From NCBI GenBank assembly GCA_043228905.1, contig JBHGNT010000021.1, positions 6,200,001-6,264,000 of the forward strand: DNA of 64,000 bases, read 5' to 3'. Position 1 is the stretch's first letter. Each line of letters starts with the position of its first letter. A model generated the notes under the pieces. That model did no database searches and had not been told where the DNA came from. It saw nothing but the letters and a program-made list of their open reading frames with translations. The DNA comes from Azolla caroliniana (Eukaryota > Plantae > Polypodiophyta). The position numbers were made by a program, and so were the translations under genes. Shown one piece after another: positions 39,451 through 52,572 of this stretch.

Positions 39451-41384
39451 TCTTTGTCCATTCACGTCTTCTGTGTTGACGGGCCATGCCCCTGTGTTTC
39501 TTTGCTCATACGTGATCGGGCGTCTCTCTCCTTCTCTTTCCCCTTCTATCACCTGCTCTTCGGTTCAAGACCCCGGTGGTCCCGCCTTGTTTCTCCACGC
39601 ACGCGCGTAACAACGCGACAACGTACTTCATGTACTCTCCCTTTAGTCTACATGTGCATGTGCACATAAGTGCACATCACATTTACACTTTATGAATTTT
39701 CGTAGTGCACTTTTAACACCTTGCATTTACCCTTCCTTTTTTACATTTGTTTCTTTTACAAATCTTCCAAGTGCATGTGCAATGTTGCACATCCCCATTT
39801 TGTCCATCCCAGTTGGTTTTCTCACCATGGCCGAAAATCCTCACGACAACGTACTCGCGAATTTCTGCGACACTGGTGTACAACATCCGGCGTGCATGAG
39901 GTTACCCCGCATGAGAAGTTTTTCAGAAAGAAGCCGAATCTATCACATGTTTGTATATTCGACTCCATTGCATACGCGCACATCCCCAACGAGAAGTGAC
40001 AAAAGCTCGACCCAAAGTCGGTGAAATGTATCCTCGTAGGATACTCACTGGAGCAAAAGGGGTACAAGTGCTATAACTACTTGACTTGGAAGGTTCATGT
40101 GAGTCGAGATGTAGTCTTCGACGAATCAACATCATGGTATGAACCCGAATTGACTCCTCCTGAATCATTTCTAGTCAACCCAGAATCCGCTGAACAAGAG
40201 ATAGAAGATGGAGATAGACTCGAACACATGTTCGAAGAAAGCCCGATTACGACAAAGCTTAGTGGGCCACAAGAGCCCCCGAGCGACCAAAGCACATCTT
40301 GGCCTAGTCCGAAGATGGACAAAGGCAAGGCGAAAATGCCGGAATATGAAGACGATCACTTCGACGACAACGAATTGACTCACTCCCTCGACAGTGAGTT
40401 CGGTGGCTTCGATGTACCTATCATGAGTACACCTGGCATAAAGAAAGCCATGGCCACAGTAAACGAAAAACTCCATTGCTCCACCTATGAGAAGAATCCT
40501 GTTAGTTAATTCGGCTACAACGATTATATGGCATACCACTAGGCCTTTATGATGAAGGTGGCGATAGTTTGAGAACCGGAAAGTTTTTCGAAAGCAGCCA
40601 AGGATCCACGATGGGTTGAAGCAATGAACGAGGAGACGCGAGCACTATGCAAGAACGAGACATGGGATCTCGTTCCCCACTCACCGCACAAGAAGTAAAT
40701 CGGTTGCAGATGGATTTACAAGGTGAAGTATAATGTTGACGGCTTCGTCAACTGCTACAAAGCTCGATTTGTCGCGAAAGGATACACACAAACACATGGA
40801 GTTGACTATGAAGAGACCTTTGCCCCGGGTGCAAAGGTGACGACTATGTGAACCGTAATTGCACTTTGAGAACTAGATACCTAACATTGTGTGTGAACAC
40901 ACCCTTTCAGAATCTATAAGCACTCAAAGGTCAAGAGTCACACCGCTCTCTACACATTAACTATGTGTCATAGAATCATATTCTATTACACATAACTAAT
41001 GAGTTCTATATTCCCCATGACTAATGAGTCTTCACATTCCTCAAAGTTCCAGAGAGAGAGTGGACATTGTAGTGAGTTAATGAAGAGAGAGGGTGACCTT
41101 ATATAAAGCACCCTCCTCCTACTTCATAAAGTGTTGGTTGTGACTCCTTGTAATGCTACATTTTTGTATCTAATATTCTCCTTGTGAATATACACCTTCT
41201 TCTTGAGTATTCTATCTTTCATTCTATCTAATATATCTTGTTCTTTCTCTTTTCTTCACTCTTTCCTCTCACACATACACATAAAACACATCTCTTCCGT
41301 TGCACAAGAATCATATCTGATTCTTTACATTACATACACACACTACTCTTCTGTACACATATCTCTGTTAGAGTTAACATTGTT

Positions 41385-41525
41385 TACACTAATTTATATA
41401 TACAAATGTTTAATTCCATTAAAAGTTTGAAATATACATATAAGATGTGAATTATTACACTAATCTACATACACAAATGTTTAATTTCATTAAAAGTTTG
41501 AAATATACATATAAGATGTGAATTA
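41385..41525. repeat. ~71-bp tandem duplication
   Basis: ttacactaat...caaatgtttaatt(c/t)cattaaaagtttgaaatatacatataagatgtgaatta x2. Confidence 0.85.
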
Positions 41526-42557
41526 ATTAGACCTAAAAGATGTAATTATAGTATGTAACAATGTCGCGATGATGCGATGAGTGTGGTACTCGAGTGGGAC
41601 CCCAGGGTCGCTTGGTCATTGACGAATGAATTTGGTTATGGATGAGGTACACAATATTTAAAGGTCGTGCACTTTCGAAGTCTACGCAAGCTCTCTTGTT
41701 GTGGTCTGGATAATCACAATAGATATACATTCAAGTATAGTCTAATCATCGATATGAGAAGATTCGTTCTTCATGGAGGTCTTGGATCATATTTGCCCAC
41801 TTATTTACAATTGTATCTCCCATTGGCCCTTCAATCACATCAGATCTTCTTGGCCCCAATCGCATAGGTTATATCTTTCTATCTTCGTCAATTTCATTTA
41901 ATGGGAATTACTATTGAATAAGTTAGCTCATTATCCCATTTATGGCATTTGTCGTATTGCCCACATACTCTCTCAATCACTCCCAATATGAGTCAATATC
42001 ACCTTCATTTTCCAAGAGAAGACCAAGATCTCTTTGGTCTCTTGTATCCACCACTTTTAGAAATAAAAACACTTTGCTTGAGTCCAACGTGGGTTTGTTG
42101 AGTGCTGATAGTTGAGCGAAACTTCATTTGAACTCTTCAATTGTGGCTCCAACACTCAATGATTTGTTGGGAGATTTGACCAAGTCCATTAGATATTTCT
42201 TTGTTATCTAAGAGAGTCATTGTTGAGCGGCAAGCTCAACCGGATTCGGATCGGCTGAATAAGCCTGAGCCGGATCGGCATCCGGAAGGATGAGCCGGAT
42301 CGGTGAGACGGTGAGCAAGTGAGCCGGTGAACTAGGGAGCCGGTTAGCCGGATCAAGCAGTAACCAAAAGTCAAGTAGCAGCTAGACTACTAGGTAGTTA
42401 AGGTCTTGTAGTTAGTGTCAGATGCTCGTGTGAGCATTGAAGTACACCGTACTTCTATCAATCCGTATGGACTTGTATAAAAGTGTTCACTAAACACATA
42501 TGATGTACAGAGTATTATAGAGTTTTAAAGTTATTTTGAATATAGTCTTATGTTCTG

Positions 42558-42592
<35 letters not shown>

Positions 42593-44248
42593 CTGCGTAC
42601 TGTGTGTTGGGGACAAGGCTGTCAATGCGGAAGTGCAAGCAACATTCGTGATGAAGAAGAACCTGTGTATGCGCATATGCAAGATAGACAGAGAGAGAGA
42701 GAGAGTGAGAGAGAGATAGGCACAAACAAATGTTATATTCCAATAGCAACAGTTACAAAGAATGACAGCCAACAACCTTTTCTAAAGGTTACAAAGTCAC
42801 TTTATATAGTGACTATCCTAGGGCAACTTCCCTTTATGCTATTTACAGAAATAAACCAAGCTTGGGTTGTCCAACAGGACAGTGTGAATACGGCCATTAT
42901 ACACTCGTATTCGACACTCCCCCGTAATGGGCATATACATGAGTTATCTAAAAAATTACAGGTATATACAAGGTTTATCAGACAAATCGGTTTTGTTAGA
43001 GTCGGCAAGATCCGAAGACAGAAGACCGAATCGGTTGGGTCGGAAGAGCTGAAGCCAATCCTCAAAGAACCGATGTCGGTGGTCCGAAACCATCCTATGT
43101 TGTTTGTCCGACTTTAACTAGACTGATTTTTCGTTACGCCCATCTGGTGCCGAAGGGATCGGAAACGATCTGCCGAAAGAAACTTGGTCATTCCATCTGC
43201 GACATTATCGGTTTTGGATATCTTCTCTAGACCGATTTTCCCTGAAATGACGTAGTTCCGAACAAAGTGATATCGAACGTCAATATGCTTGGAGGCATTG
43301 TGGTGAACTGGATTCTTTGACAAAGCAACAACACCCTGACTGTCGCTGTAGACAATTGGAGCCGAGTCAAGGTCGACTTGTCGAAACGTGTGCGCCAGCT
43401 GACCGAGCCATAAAGCTTCTTTTGCCGCGTCGGACCTAGCTACATATTCCGCTTCGGTCGTTGAGGTGGCTGTGCACTCCTGAAGTTTCGACTTCCACGA
43501 GATTGCTCCATTGCCAAATTGAAACAATATCTGGTTGTTGATTTCCGACTGTCCACACAGTCGGCGAAGTCCGAGTCGGTGTAACCGACTACGCCTGAGG
43601 TTGAGTTCGGGCTGAAAAGAATGCCGTGGTCTTTTGTGCCAATAGATATCTGAACACATGCTTGACTGCGTTCCAGTGTGATCGGCCGGGGTTGTGCATG
43701 AATCTGCTGACGACTCCTACGACGTGAGAGATATCAGGCCGTGTCGTGACCATCGCGTACATAAGGGAGCCGACTGCCGGTGCATACGGTACCGACTTCA
43801 TATCTTCCCCCTCCGAACTGGATGTCGGGTAGTCTCGTTGAGACAACTGAAGGTTAATGGGGAGCGGGGTCGAAGTAGACTTGGCCGAGTGCATGTTGAA
43901 GCGTTCCGAGACACGTCCGATGTAGTCGGTTTGAGACAAGGAAAGTTGTCGTGTATCGCGATGCCGACTAATCTTCATACCAAGTATGTGTCTTGCCGGA
44001 CCGAGGTCCTTCATGACAAACTTCAACCGCAGTTTCCGAACGAGTTCGGTGAGCTCTCTGGCATGTCGGCCAGAGAGTAGCATGTCGTCCACGTAGATGA
44101 TGAGGAAGATGGGAGACCCGTCTTGAGTTGTTTTGGTGAAGAGACAATGGTCCTCATCGCTCTTTGAGAAGCCAACTGACTGGATGAAGTCGTCAAACTT
44201 CTTGTACCACTGTCGGGATGCCCGTTTCAGGCCATAGAGATTCTTCAT

Positions 44249-46820
44249 GAGTCGGCAGACTAGATGTTCTTGGCCGGATGCCACAAAGTCTTTCGGCTGC
44301 TCCATATAGATTTCCTCTTGTAGGTCACCGTAGAGGAATGTCGTTTTTACATCTAGTTGAATTACCTCCAAGTTGTCGGCGGCCACAACGCCGAGCATGA
44401 AACGAAGGGTTGTCATTTTCACCACTCGTGAAAAGATTTCGTTAAAGTCGACGCCATGTTCTTGTCGAAATCCCTTCGCAACTAGTCTGGCCTTGTACTT
44501 TGGGTTGGTCGAGTCAGACGTCTCTTTTAGTCGATAGACCCACTTACACGGAAGAGCACTTCGATTCTTCGGTAATTCGACCAAGTCCCAAGTCTTGTTT
44601 GCGCGAATGGAGTGCATTTCCAACTCCATCGCCAGATGCCAAGTGGCTAAGTCGGCTGATGCCAATGCTTCTTCGTAAGACGTCGGTAAAGAAAATTTTG
44701 GGAGAGTACCTCTCCGGAGGTTGCGACAGTCTCTCGGATCTGCGAGGTATGACTGGACTAGTCGCACCGGGTGTCGATGTCGGATGGTCGGGAGCCAAGC
44801 CATTCGGTTGTGCCGAATCGGTGGGTTCGGTGCGAGAGTTGTCGGTTACCCATGAGACCGATCTCGTGTTGTGGGCTGGGCCATCATGAAGGGTTGGTAC
44901 TTCGGAAAATATTACCCTTCGGACTTCAATTGGCCTTTTGGCCGTTTTATGCATAGCCGACTCATTGAACACGACGTCCGAACTTCAGACGATTTGTCTG
45001 TGCTCGGGGTCCCAGAGTCGGTATCCGATCTTGCCGTTGGGTCCATACCCAAGGAAAATGCATTTCCTTGATCTTGGTTCGAGTTTCCAACGATCGTCTT
45101 TCGGTATGAGGGTGTATGCCTCGCAACTGAAGATCCTCAACTTGTCATAATTCGGCTTACTGCCGGTCCATATTTCCTGAGGTATTTGAAGTCCTAGAGG
45201 TCTACTTAGAGACATATTTATTATGTGTACTGCCATAAGTAGAGGCTCTGCCCAAAAGCCATCTGACAGTCTGGAGTGTTGGAACATGGATACTATGCGT
45301 TCTTGAATTGTCCAATTCATGCGTTCAGCAATTCCGTTCTACTCCGGACTATAGGGTGCCGTATATTCATGTCGAATGCCACGTTTTCGGCAGAATTTGG
45401 CGAATTCTTCAGACTTGAATTCTCCTCCATTGTCGGTTCGGAGACATTTCAGTTTCTGACCAGTTTGATTTTTGACCATTGCAAGCCATTCGGAGAAGAT
45501 CGAGAACACGCGATCTGTGGTTCTAATGGGATAAGCCCACACCTTCTTGAGTCAGCAGACTAGATGTTCCTGGCCAGATGCCACAAAGCCTTTTGACTGA
45601 TCCATATAGATTTCCTCCTGTAGGTCACCATGGAGGAATGCCATTTTTACATCTAGCTGAATCAGCTCCAAGTTGTCGGCGGCCACGACGCCGAGCATGA
45701 AACGAAGGGTTGTCATTTTCACCACTGGTGAAAAGATTTCGTCGAAGTCGACGCCATATTCTTGTCGAAATCCCTTCGCAACTAATCTGGCCTTATACTT
45801 TGGGGTGTCGAGTCAGATGTCTCTTTTAGTCGATAGACCCACTTATACGGAAGAGCAGGTTGATTCTTCGGTAATTCGACCAAGTCCCAAGTCTTGTTTG
45901 CTCGAATGGAGTGCATTTCTGACTCCATCGCTAGATGCCAGGTGGCTAAATTGGCGGATGCCAATGCTTCTTCGTAAGATGTCAGTTCGCCGGCGTCGGT
46001 GAAGAAGATTCTCAGAGAATACCTCTCCGGAGGTTGGAACCGCCTCTCAGATCTGCGAGGTATGACTGGACTAGTCGCACCGGGTGTCAATGTCGGATGG
46101 TCGGGAGCCGAGCCATTCGGTTGTGCCGAATTGGTGGATTCAGTGTGAGAGTTATCGGTTACCCGTGAAACCGATCTCGTGTTGTGGGATGGGCCGTCAT
46201 GAAGGGTTGGCACTTCGGAAAATATTACCCTTCGGACTTCAATATGCCTTTCGGCCGTTTTATGCATTGTCTGTGCTCGGGGTCCCAGAGTCGGTATCCG
46301 ATCTCGCCATCGGGTCCATATCCAAGCAAAACGCATTTCCTTGATCTTGGTTCGAGTTTCCGGCGATCGTCTTTCGGTATGAGGGCGTATGCCTCACAAC
46401 CGAAGATCCTCAACTTGTCATAATTCGGCTTACTGTCGGTTCATATTTCTTGAGGTATTTGAAGTCCTAGAGGTCTACTTGGCGACATATTTATGATGTG
46501 TACTATCGTAAGTAGAGCCTCCGCCCAGAAGCCATACGACAGTCCGGAGTGTTGGAGCATGGATACTACGCGTTCTTGAATTGTCCGATTCATGCGTTCA
46601 ACAATTCCATTCTGCTCCGAACTATAGGGTGTCGTATATTCACGTCGAATGTTGCGTTCCTGGTAGAATTTGACGAATTCTTCAGACTTGAATTCTCCTC
46701 CATTGTTGGTTCGGAGACATTTCAGTTTCCGACTGGTCTTATTTTCGACCATTGCAAGCCATTCGGAGAAGATCGAGAACACCCGATCTTTGGTTCTAAT
46801 GGGGTAAGCCCACACCTTCC
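44249..46820 (-). repeat. ~1.3-kb tandem duplication inside K pol (INT core to RT start)
   Basis: Copies ~44249-45548 and ~45549-46820; junction at GAGTC microhomology (45549-45553). Confidence 0.9.
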
Positions 46821-47613
46821 GAGTCGAGTTGTCAATGAAACTGACGAAGTACGAAGCACCATCGAGAGACTGATGTGGCATCGGGCCACAGACGTCCGAG
46901 TGGACCAAATCGAGTGGGCTCGATTCTCTTAGTGCTGATGTCGGGTGTGATGCGGCTACTTGTTTGCCGTACTGGCAATGCTCGTAGAATTGGTGATCCG
47001 AGAAGGAGAGCTTGGGGATGTAACCGGCTTTGGATAGGTGCGTTATGCCGGCCTTCCTAAGGTGTCCAAGTCGTCTGTGCCATAATGATGACATGGGAAT
47101 ATCAACAAAAAACAAGCCACCCTCTTTGAGTGTGACATATAAAGGGTACAAGGAATGTACCTTTGGTCCTCGAGCAAGCAGGAGATTCCCTTTGTGGAGT
47201 GTCCACCCTCCTGATGAGAACTCAGCACGGATGCCGACTTCATCAAGTTGTCCGATTGAGATCAAGGGACTTGAAAGCTCAGGAACGTGTCAGACGTTGT
47301 GTAGTACGAGTGTAGAGCCACCCGGAAGGTTGAGCTCTACAGTGCCGATTCCGATTATAGCACAGTGCTGCGAGTTTCCGACTCGAATTGAGTTGGAGTG
47401 CCGGTCCGAGTATTGCCGAAACTGAGATCAGTGAGGTGTCACATGATACGATGCGCCCGAGTCTAGGAGCCATGTGCTCGATTCCTCAGTCGTAAACATA
47501 ACTTCTGATTCGACTGGGTTCTCTATGGACAATATGTTCGGGTCGGTCGTCAAAATTTCGGCTGAAGAGCTGACATAGTTGACCTCCTCATGCCGGCTAC
47601 TCTTCTGATCCGC

Positions 47614-47751
47614 TGTCGCCTTGTTACGCGCGTGCGTGTAGAAGGGCGGGACCACGGGGGTCTCAGACGAGAGAGGAAAGGATGCTGAGAAGAAGATTTT
47701 GGATGCGTCCCGGAGGCAACCGAACACGAGAGAGAGAGAGAAAGAAAGAGA

Positions 47752-47814
<63 letters not shown>

Positions 47815-48480
47815 TACACTGACTCTTATACATAGGAAACAAGGGGGGGCTGTGCTCCCGACACCACCAAATACACCGATATGCTCAAACAAACATGAAT
47901 GTATGTATATATATTACAGGGAGAGATACAACCCCGGCTTCGAGCCAGACCAAGGTAGGTTACGTTACAACAACAGTCTGCCGCCAAGCCGCCGTCGGGG
48001 GAGCTCTCGGGCTCGGCGCGCCGAGCGGGGTCTTGGACAGGAGGCCAAGTAGAAGTAAACCCCCACGGAACATACAAACTCTTCACCAGGCGAAAACCCT
48101 AAACAGACACAGAGGGGCAAAAGAAGAAGAAGAAGAAGACAAGATGAAACCCTAAATGAAATAGGGCGAAGACCCAAGTACAAACCCTAAGGGAACAAGA
48201 ATAAGATGAAGAGGAAGAACTCAACCAAACCTTAGACCTCAGTGGTATACCCTCCTAACTCAAAATGGGCAACCCCTCTATAAGGAACCATCCCTTCCAT
48301 TTATAGAACAAGGAGAGGGATGCGTTACAATGTGGGATAAATCCCAACTTACATGGGATTCTCTGTCCCGACTTGAATCCTACTATTCACACGTTTTACA
48401 AGGGTAAGTGCACATGGTGCACTCCGCCGATCCTTCCAATATCCCCTGGTTTCTCACTATGGCCCGGAATCTTCACGACA
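47614..48480 (-). mobile_element. Solo LTR G (TGTCG..CGACA Gypsy group) in the K gag/PR linker; contains a long (AG)n tract
   Basis: Termini TGTCG/CGACA; flanks CCGC (47610-47613) and CTGC (48481-48484); removal restores K frame AQRADQKSS. The LTR end acgcgcgtaacaaggcgaca (minus) matches the E LTR end. Confidence 0.92.
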
Positions 48481-51400
48481 CTGCTCTCTGAGCTTTGTCG
48501 GTTTTTGCTTTGAGTGCCCGATAGTCGGCTTTGATGTGTCCCGGTTTCTTGTAGTAGTTGTAGATTCGGTTGTCCCGGGACTTGCTCCGGCTTGGCTGAT
48601 TGTTTGGCGGTCGGGAAGAACTTCTTCCCTGGTTGTTCGATCGGTCGGTCGAACCTTGTACTACGTAAGCTTCATCTGCCAAGTCTTTGGCGAAAGACTT
48701 TCTCTGAGTTGATTCAGTCAGGATTGTGCTCGTGACTTCAGAGTACTTAACGACAGCTGTTGAAGCATTGCACACGGTTGTAACGAAAGTTTCCCATGAA
48801 GAGGGGAGGCGACTCATGAGTATCATTGCTCTGAGTTCATCCTCGATTGCCGTCCCTTGAGATGAGATTTGGGAGCTAATGCTTTCGTACTCGTTGAGGT
48901 GTGCCTGAACCAAATCGGATTCTTTCATCCGCAAGTTGTAGAGACGCCGGATTAGATACATCTTCGTCGCGGTGACCTTCTTTTCATAAGTTTCCGACAG
49001 TGTTTTCCAAAGTTCAAAAACTGTCGTGCATGATTGCACTGTGAAGTACATTGACTCCGACAAGTGCATCCGAATCGTGGCGCGGAAAATTCTGTCCAGC
49101 TTTAGCCACTCGTTTGCCTTGTATGCTTATGGAGGATTTTCATTCTCAATCGGGTCTATCTGACCCTTGACTATTTTCATTCTCAATCGGTTCCTTCCAG
49201 AAGTTGAAGTTTGAGCCGTCAAACCTCCTTAGACTCATTTCCGATGAGCCGGATGTTGATGCCATCTGATTCGGTTTCAGTTGGGAAGACTCGGTTCGGA
49301 GTTGACTACGAACCTTAGTGGGGTGCAGCCCGTCGGCTCACCCGATATCGTTCTAGTCGGTTTTGAAGCCGAGTCGGTTTGGTTTTGGATACTTGTTGTT
49401 GAACTTGCTCAGAGTGACTCCGGTAACTTGAAGGACAGAATCAGTTGGTCTTTCTGAATGTTGCTGAGTCAGAGTGAGCCCGATTAGCTTCCGATTGTAT
49501 GCCGAATACCGATTACAAGAAACCGATTGTTTGGGCCGATTCTGCTTTGAATGACTGCAGCGATGAGAGGGGCGGATCCAACTGATCCTCCCGAATGTCG
49601 ATCAGCCGAGTGAAGCACGAATTTGGTTGTTGCCTAGAGACCAATCTACAACGGGTGGTTACAACAAGCGAGTAAATAGCGTCCAGTGACCTATTCGGAT
49701 GCCGTTTAACCGAATGAAGCACAACTAGGTCGGTTGTTGCACAAGGAGCTCCCCTCAAGCAGTTACAATCGCAGGAACAAAGTACAGCCGGTTGGCTTAC
49801 TCCAATTTGTGATTTAACACAGTGAGATGCGAGCTTTTTGTTTTTCTTCTCCCTTCTCTGTTCTTCAAAGAAAACGAAAACGGAATGTTGTGTGGTGTAC
49901 AATGACGGCCGATAGCGGGTTGAAGAACCTCCAACGCTCTAATACCAAATGTTGGGGACAAGGCCGTCAATGCGGAAGTGCAAGCAACATTCGTGATGAA
50001 GAAGAACCTATGTATGCGCATATGCGAGATAGGCAGAGAGAGAGAGAGTGAGAGAGAGATAGGCACAAACAAATGTTATATTCCAATAGCAACAGTTACA
50101 AAGAATGACAACCAACAACCTTTTCTAAAGGTTACAAAGTCACTTTATATAGTGACTGTCCTAGGGCAACTGCCCTTTATGCTATTTACAGAAATAGCCC
50201 AAACTTTGGCTGTCCAACGGGACAGTGTGAATACGGCCATTATACACTCGTATTCGACATTGTGTATATTCAAGCTCTCCATTAAACCTGCATTTATGTG
50301 TTTTTGGTTTTCTATTGCTTCCGCACATTATTCTTTCACATGGTATTAGAGCGCGAGGGTTGAGAACCTCTGCAGCCGACATCAGCATCTGAAGACAAAC
50401 CCTAAGAACAGAAAGAGAAGTAATGGACAGAGGAATGGCTAGCTCGTTCTCGACGAAGAAGCTCGATAGAAACAACTATGCATCTTGGTCCTACAAGATG
50501 CATCAGTACCTGCTCGGGCACAGTAACTGGAGCCATGTTGACGGAGCAAATGACATACCACCCAAATCGACTCACAGAGATTTCCCGGTACGGTAACTGG
50601 AACAATCGGCGAGCAGAGTTCTGTACTACTTTGCGTCTTGTGTGGGCGAACAACTCCTAAGCTACATTCGGGATGCAAAGACGCCAAAAGATGCTTGGGG
50701 AAATCTGAAGAAGATTTTCGCCGCAAGCACTACAGCTAGGAAGCTTCAACTCCGAGAGGAGCTGAGCAACCTACGACAACGCGACATGTCGGTGGCAGAC
50801 TACACCAAAATCAAGGACATTTGCGACTCTCTGGCCTCCATCGATGTGAATATCGAAGAAGTAGATATGGTGCAAATCTGTCTCGGAGGTTTGGCGTCAA
50901 TGTTTAGAGCATTTTGAACTGCTGTGTGTACAAGGGAGAATATGTTGTGATTTTTCGACTTATAGTCGATGCTCCTTGTAGAGGAGAACCATGCCGGTGC
51001 GTCAAAAAGTGCACCCACCGACAACCGGATGTTGTACACGGAGGCGGATCGGCTCCGTGGGCGTGGTGGACGAGGCGGGTCGGCTCGCAATGGTAGTGGT
51101 CGGTAAGAACAGGACCGAAGGCACAAAGAACGTGCCGACAACAGTTCCGGACCCTCCACAAGCAGGGGGAGTCAAGGCGGCGTCGGAGGCCGGCAAGCAA
51201 AGGCCGACACGGAATGTTGGTACTGTGGTAAAAAGGGCCATAGAGAAAGCGAGTGCTGGAAGAAGCGCATCGATTCGGATAGATCCGGATCCGGCAAGGC
51301 CGGGAGAGAGAACCGACAATACTCGCACTACGCAGAAGGATCAGGAGGATGAAAAACCGGGAAAGCCTGTAAAGGGCCTGCCTTGGTGGTGAAACACGAG

Positions 51401-51908
51401 GCTAACTCGATGAAGAAGAACACTTCCAAATCGGAGGAAGTGTGGTATGTTGTCGTGCCTTTCAGCTCCGGATCATTGCGTGAGTCGGGTGGGAACCACT
51501 GAGGTTTTGGACTAGGAGAAAGAGGAATATGAGAGAAGGTTATGAATCTCGTGAATCCCACGAGTTTAGTGTATTTAATCAATATTTAGATAGTAAGAGA
51601 AAATTTTGATCACAAATTCGTGAATCCCACGAATATATTATATTAATTGGTGTTTTAGGAAATATATCCAAGTTCCAAGTATTTCACACACCCCCATTAC
51701 ATTGTGCTCCCCATCCTTATGTAGTGATGAGGGAGGCTTCGCAATCCATGCTTTTTCTTCTGTAACTATAGAGTCCATGCTTTTCCTATAGATAGACTAT
51801 ATGCTTTATCTAAAGTGATCATGCTTTTTCTAACTTGTGCGTTTTTTATCAACTATAACGTTCATGCATGCTAGATGTGCATGCGTAGCTTTTTCTTTTA
51901 GCATGTGT

Positions 51909-52426
51909 TGTCGTGAATTTTCGCGCGTGCATGTAGGAAGAGGCGGGACCACGGGGGTCTCAGACTAGGGAGTAGAGGAGAAAGGATAAGATATGTTTGG
52001 AAGCTTAGCTCAAGAGGAGAAGAAGAAAGAATAAGATCACGACATAGAAGGAGAGATCCGCGGAGGTAAGATACTCAACAAGATATATTAAAGCAAACGA
52101 ATGATTACAACAATGGTGGCCGCATGGGCCACACCAAACGACTATGAGAAAACCCTAACCGAGGATGAATAAGGAAACCCTAAACAGAACCCTAACCCTA
52201 AAACGGTAAGAACTCTAGACTAAGTGGTATACCTTTCCTACGCAAAATAGGCAACCCCTTCATAAGTGACCCCTCCATTCATTTTATAGCCCAAGGAGGG
52301 ATGTGGGATAAAATTTCCCCTCTTATTTCTATACACCATTTCCTAGTATACATGTGCACATGTTGCACACCACCGACTTGCCCATTCCACCCCGGTTTCC
52401 CCCTATGGACGAAAATCTTCACGACA
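51909..52426 (-). mobile_element. Solo LTR I (same group, close to G) nested in H
   Basis: TGTCGTG...CTTCACGACA; ggcgggaccacgggggtctcagac and agtggtatacc..aaaat(a/g)ggcaacccct shared with G; flanks GTGT / ACGT. Confidence 0.88.
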
Positions 52427-52506
52427 ACGTTTTCTTTTAACTAAATTTTATCCTAGGGGAACTAACCTTTCTATGTGGAACATCTACTTTTTAACACTAA
52501 TGAAAT

Positions 52507-52572
52507 GCTAGTGCAATGGTAAGACATTACATTATTAACATGGAGTTGCAAGGTTCGAATCTTGCCCTATGC
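52507..52572 (+). other. Degenerate tRNA-like (Pol III A/B box-like) sequence inside LTR H; not a functional tRNA
   Basis: tagtgcaatggtaag (A-box-like) and gcaaggttcgaatcttgc (T-arm/B-box-like) at tRNA-like spacing; no convincing acceptor or anticodon stem. Confidence 0.4.

Larger units (their letters stand above)
35762..39620 (+). mobile_element. Ty3/Gypsy element E (non-chromovirus): integrase, PPT, LTR, PBS(Trp), gag, deletion, LTR 3' part
   Basis: LTR 37139-37787 is preceded by PPT-like AGGTGGGGGCGGA and followed by PBS TGGTGAACCCGACGTGAA (37792-37809). Gag 37832-38720 ends in a truncated zinc knuckle CMWCDKVGH. Second LTR 3' portion 39451-39620, followed by ACGT. Confidence 0.85.
34394..39848 (-). 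mobile_element. Gypsy-type element D' (5' LTR, tRNA-Trp PBS, gag fragment), inserted inverted in LTR D; its LTR is split by element E
   Basis: LTR pieces 39848-39621 (reverse-complement match to the start of D) and ~35760-35335 (ends ...TTTCTGCGACA on minus). PBS 35315-35332. Gag-like ORF 34865-35293 (FEHRFAQLS...VLLFLK...GLTDDW) is homologous to E gag. Right flank ACGT. Confidence 0.78.
28877..39872 (+). mobile_element. Gypsy-type (TGTCG..CGACA group) LTR D, split by nested insertions and an internal deletion
   Basis: Starts TGTCGTGAGGATTTTC (28877-29001, continuing 34346-34393 after the hAT) and ends ACTCGCGAATTTCTGCGACA (39853-39872). Flanks CCAG/CTGG correspond to a decayed 4-bp TSD CCGG; removal restores the B frame ATG AAC CGG TGT. 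Confidence 0.8.
25944..41329 (+). mobile_element. Ty1/Copia element B, host of C, D, D', E and the hAT; most of RT, RNaseH and the PPT deleted
   Basis: 5' LTR 25944-26414; PBS TGGTATTAGAGC 26415-26426; 3' LTR ~40866-41329; TSD TTACA (25939-25943, 41330-41334). Degraded gag/PR/INT at 26570-28876 resumes in frame at 39877 (..NRCTTSGVHEVTPHEKF), with RT start to ~40865. Confidence 0.92.
42605..50259 (-). mobile_element. Ty1/Copia element K (Tnt1/Tork-like), full domain set but disabled, inserted in the J 5' LTR
   Basis: LTRs 42605-42916 and 49950-50259; TSD CTGTG/TTGTG; PBS TGGTATTAGAGC (49936-49947, minus); PPT 42917-42923. Gag 48481-49265, PR (WLLDSGASYH), INT 46441-47265, RT (IIYVDDML) 43589-44700, RNaseH 43114-43580. 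Confidence 0.94.

Noticed and set aside
28877-39848. ~180-bp inverted arms read as TIRs of a giant Mutator/foldback or DIRS-like element
   Set aside because: The arms are LTR starts (TGTCGTGA) of the Trp-primed Gypsy group. The outer boundary is 39872 with a 4-bp TSD, and inverted nesting of D' in D plus a deletion explains them.
41558-41561. ACAA flank of the old Gypsy relic as a seventh decayed NCGN target
   Set aside because: Compatible with ACGA->ACAA, but the opposite terminus could not be located, so it was not counted.
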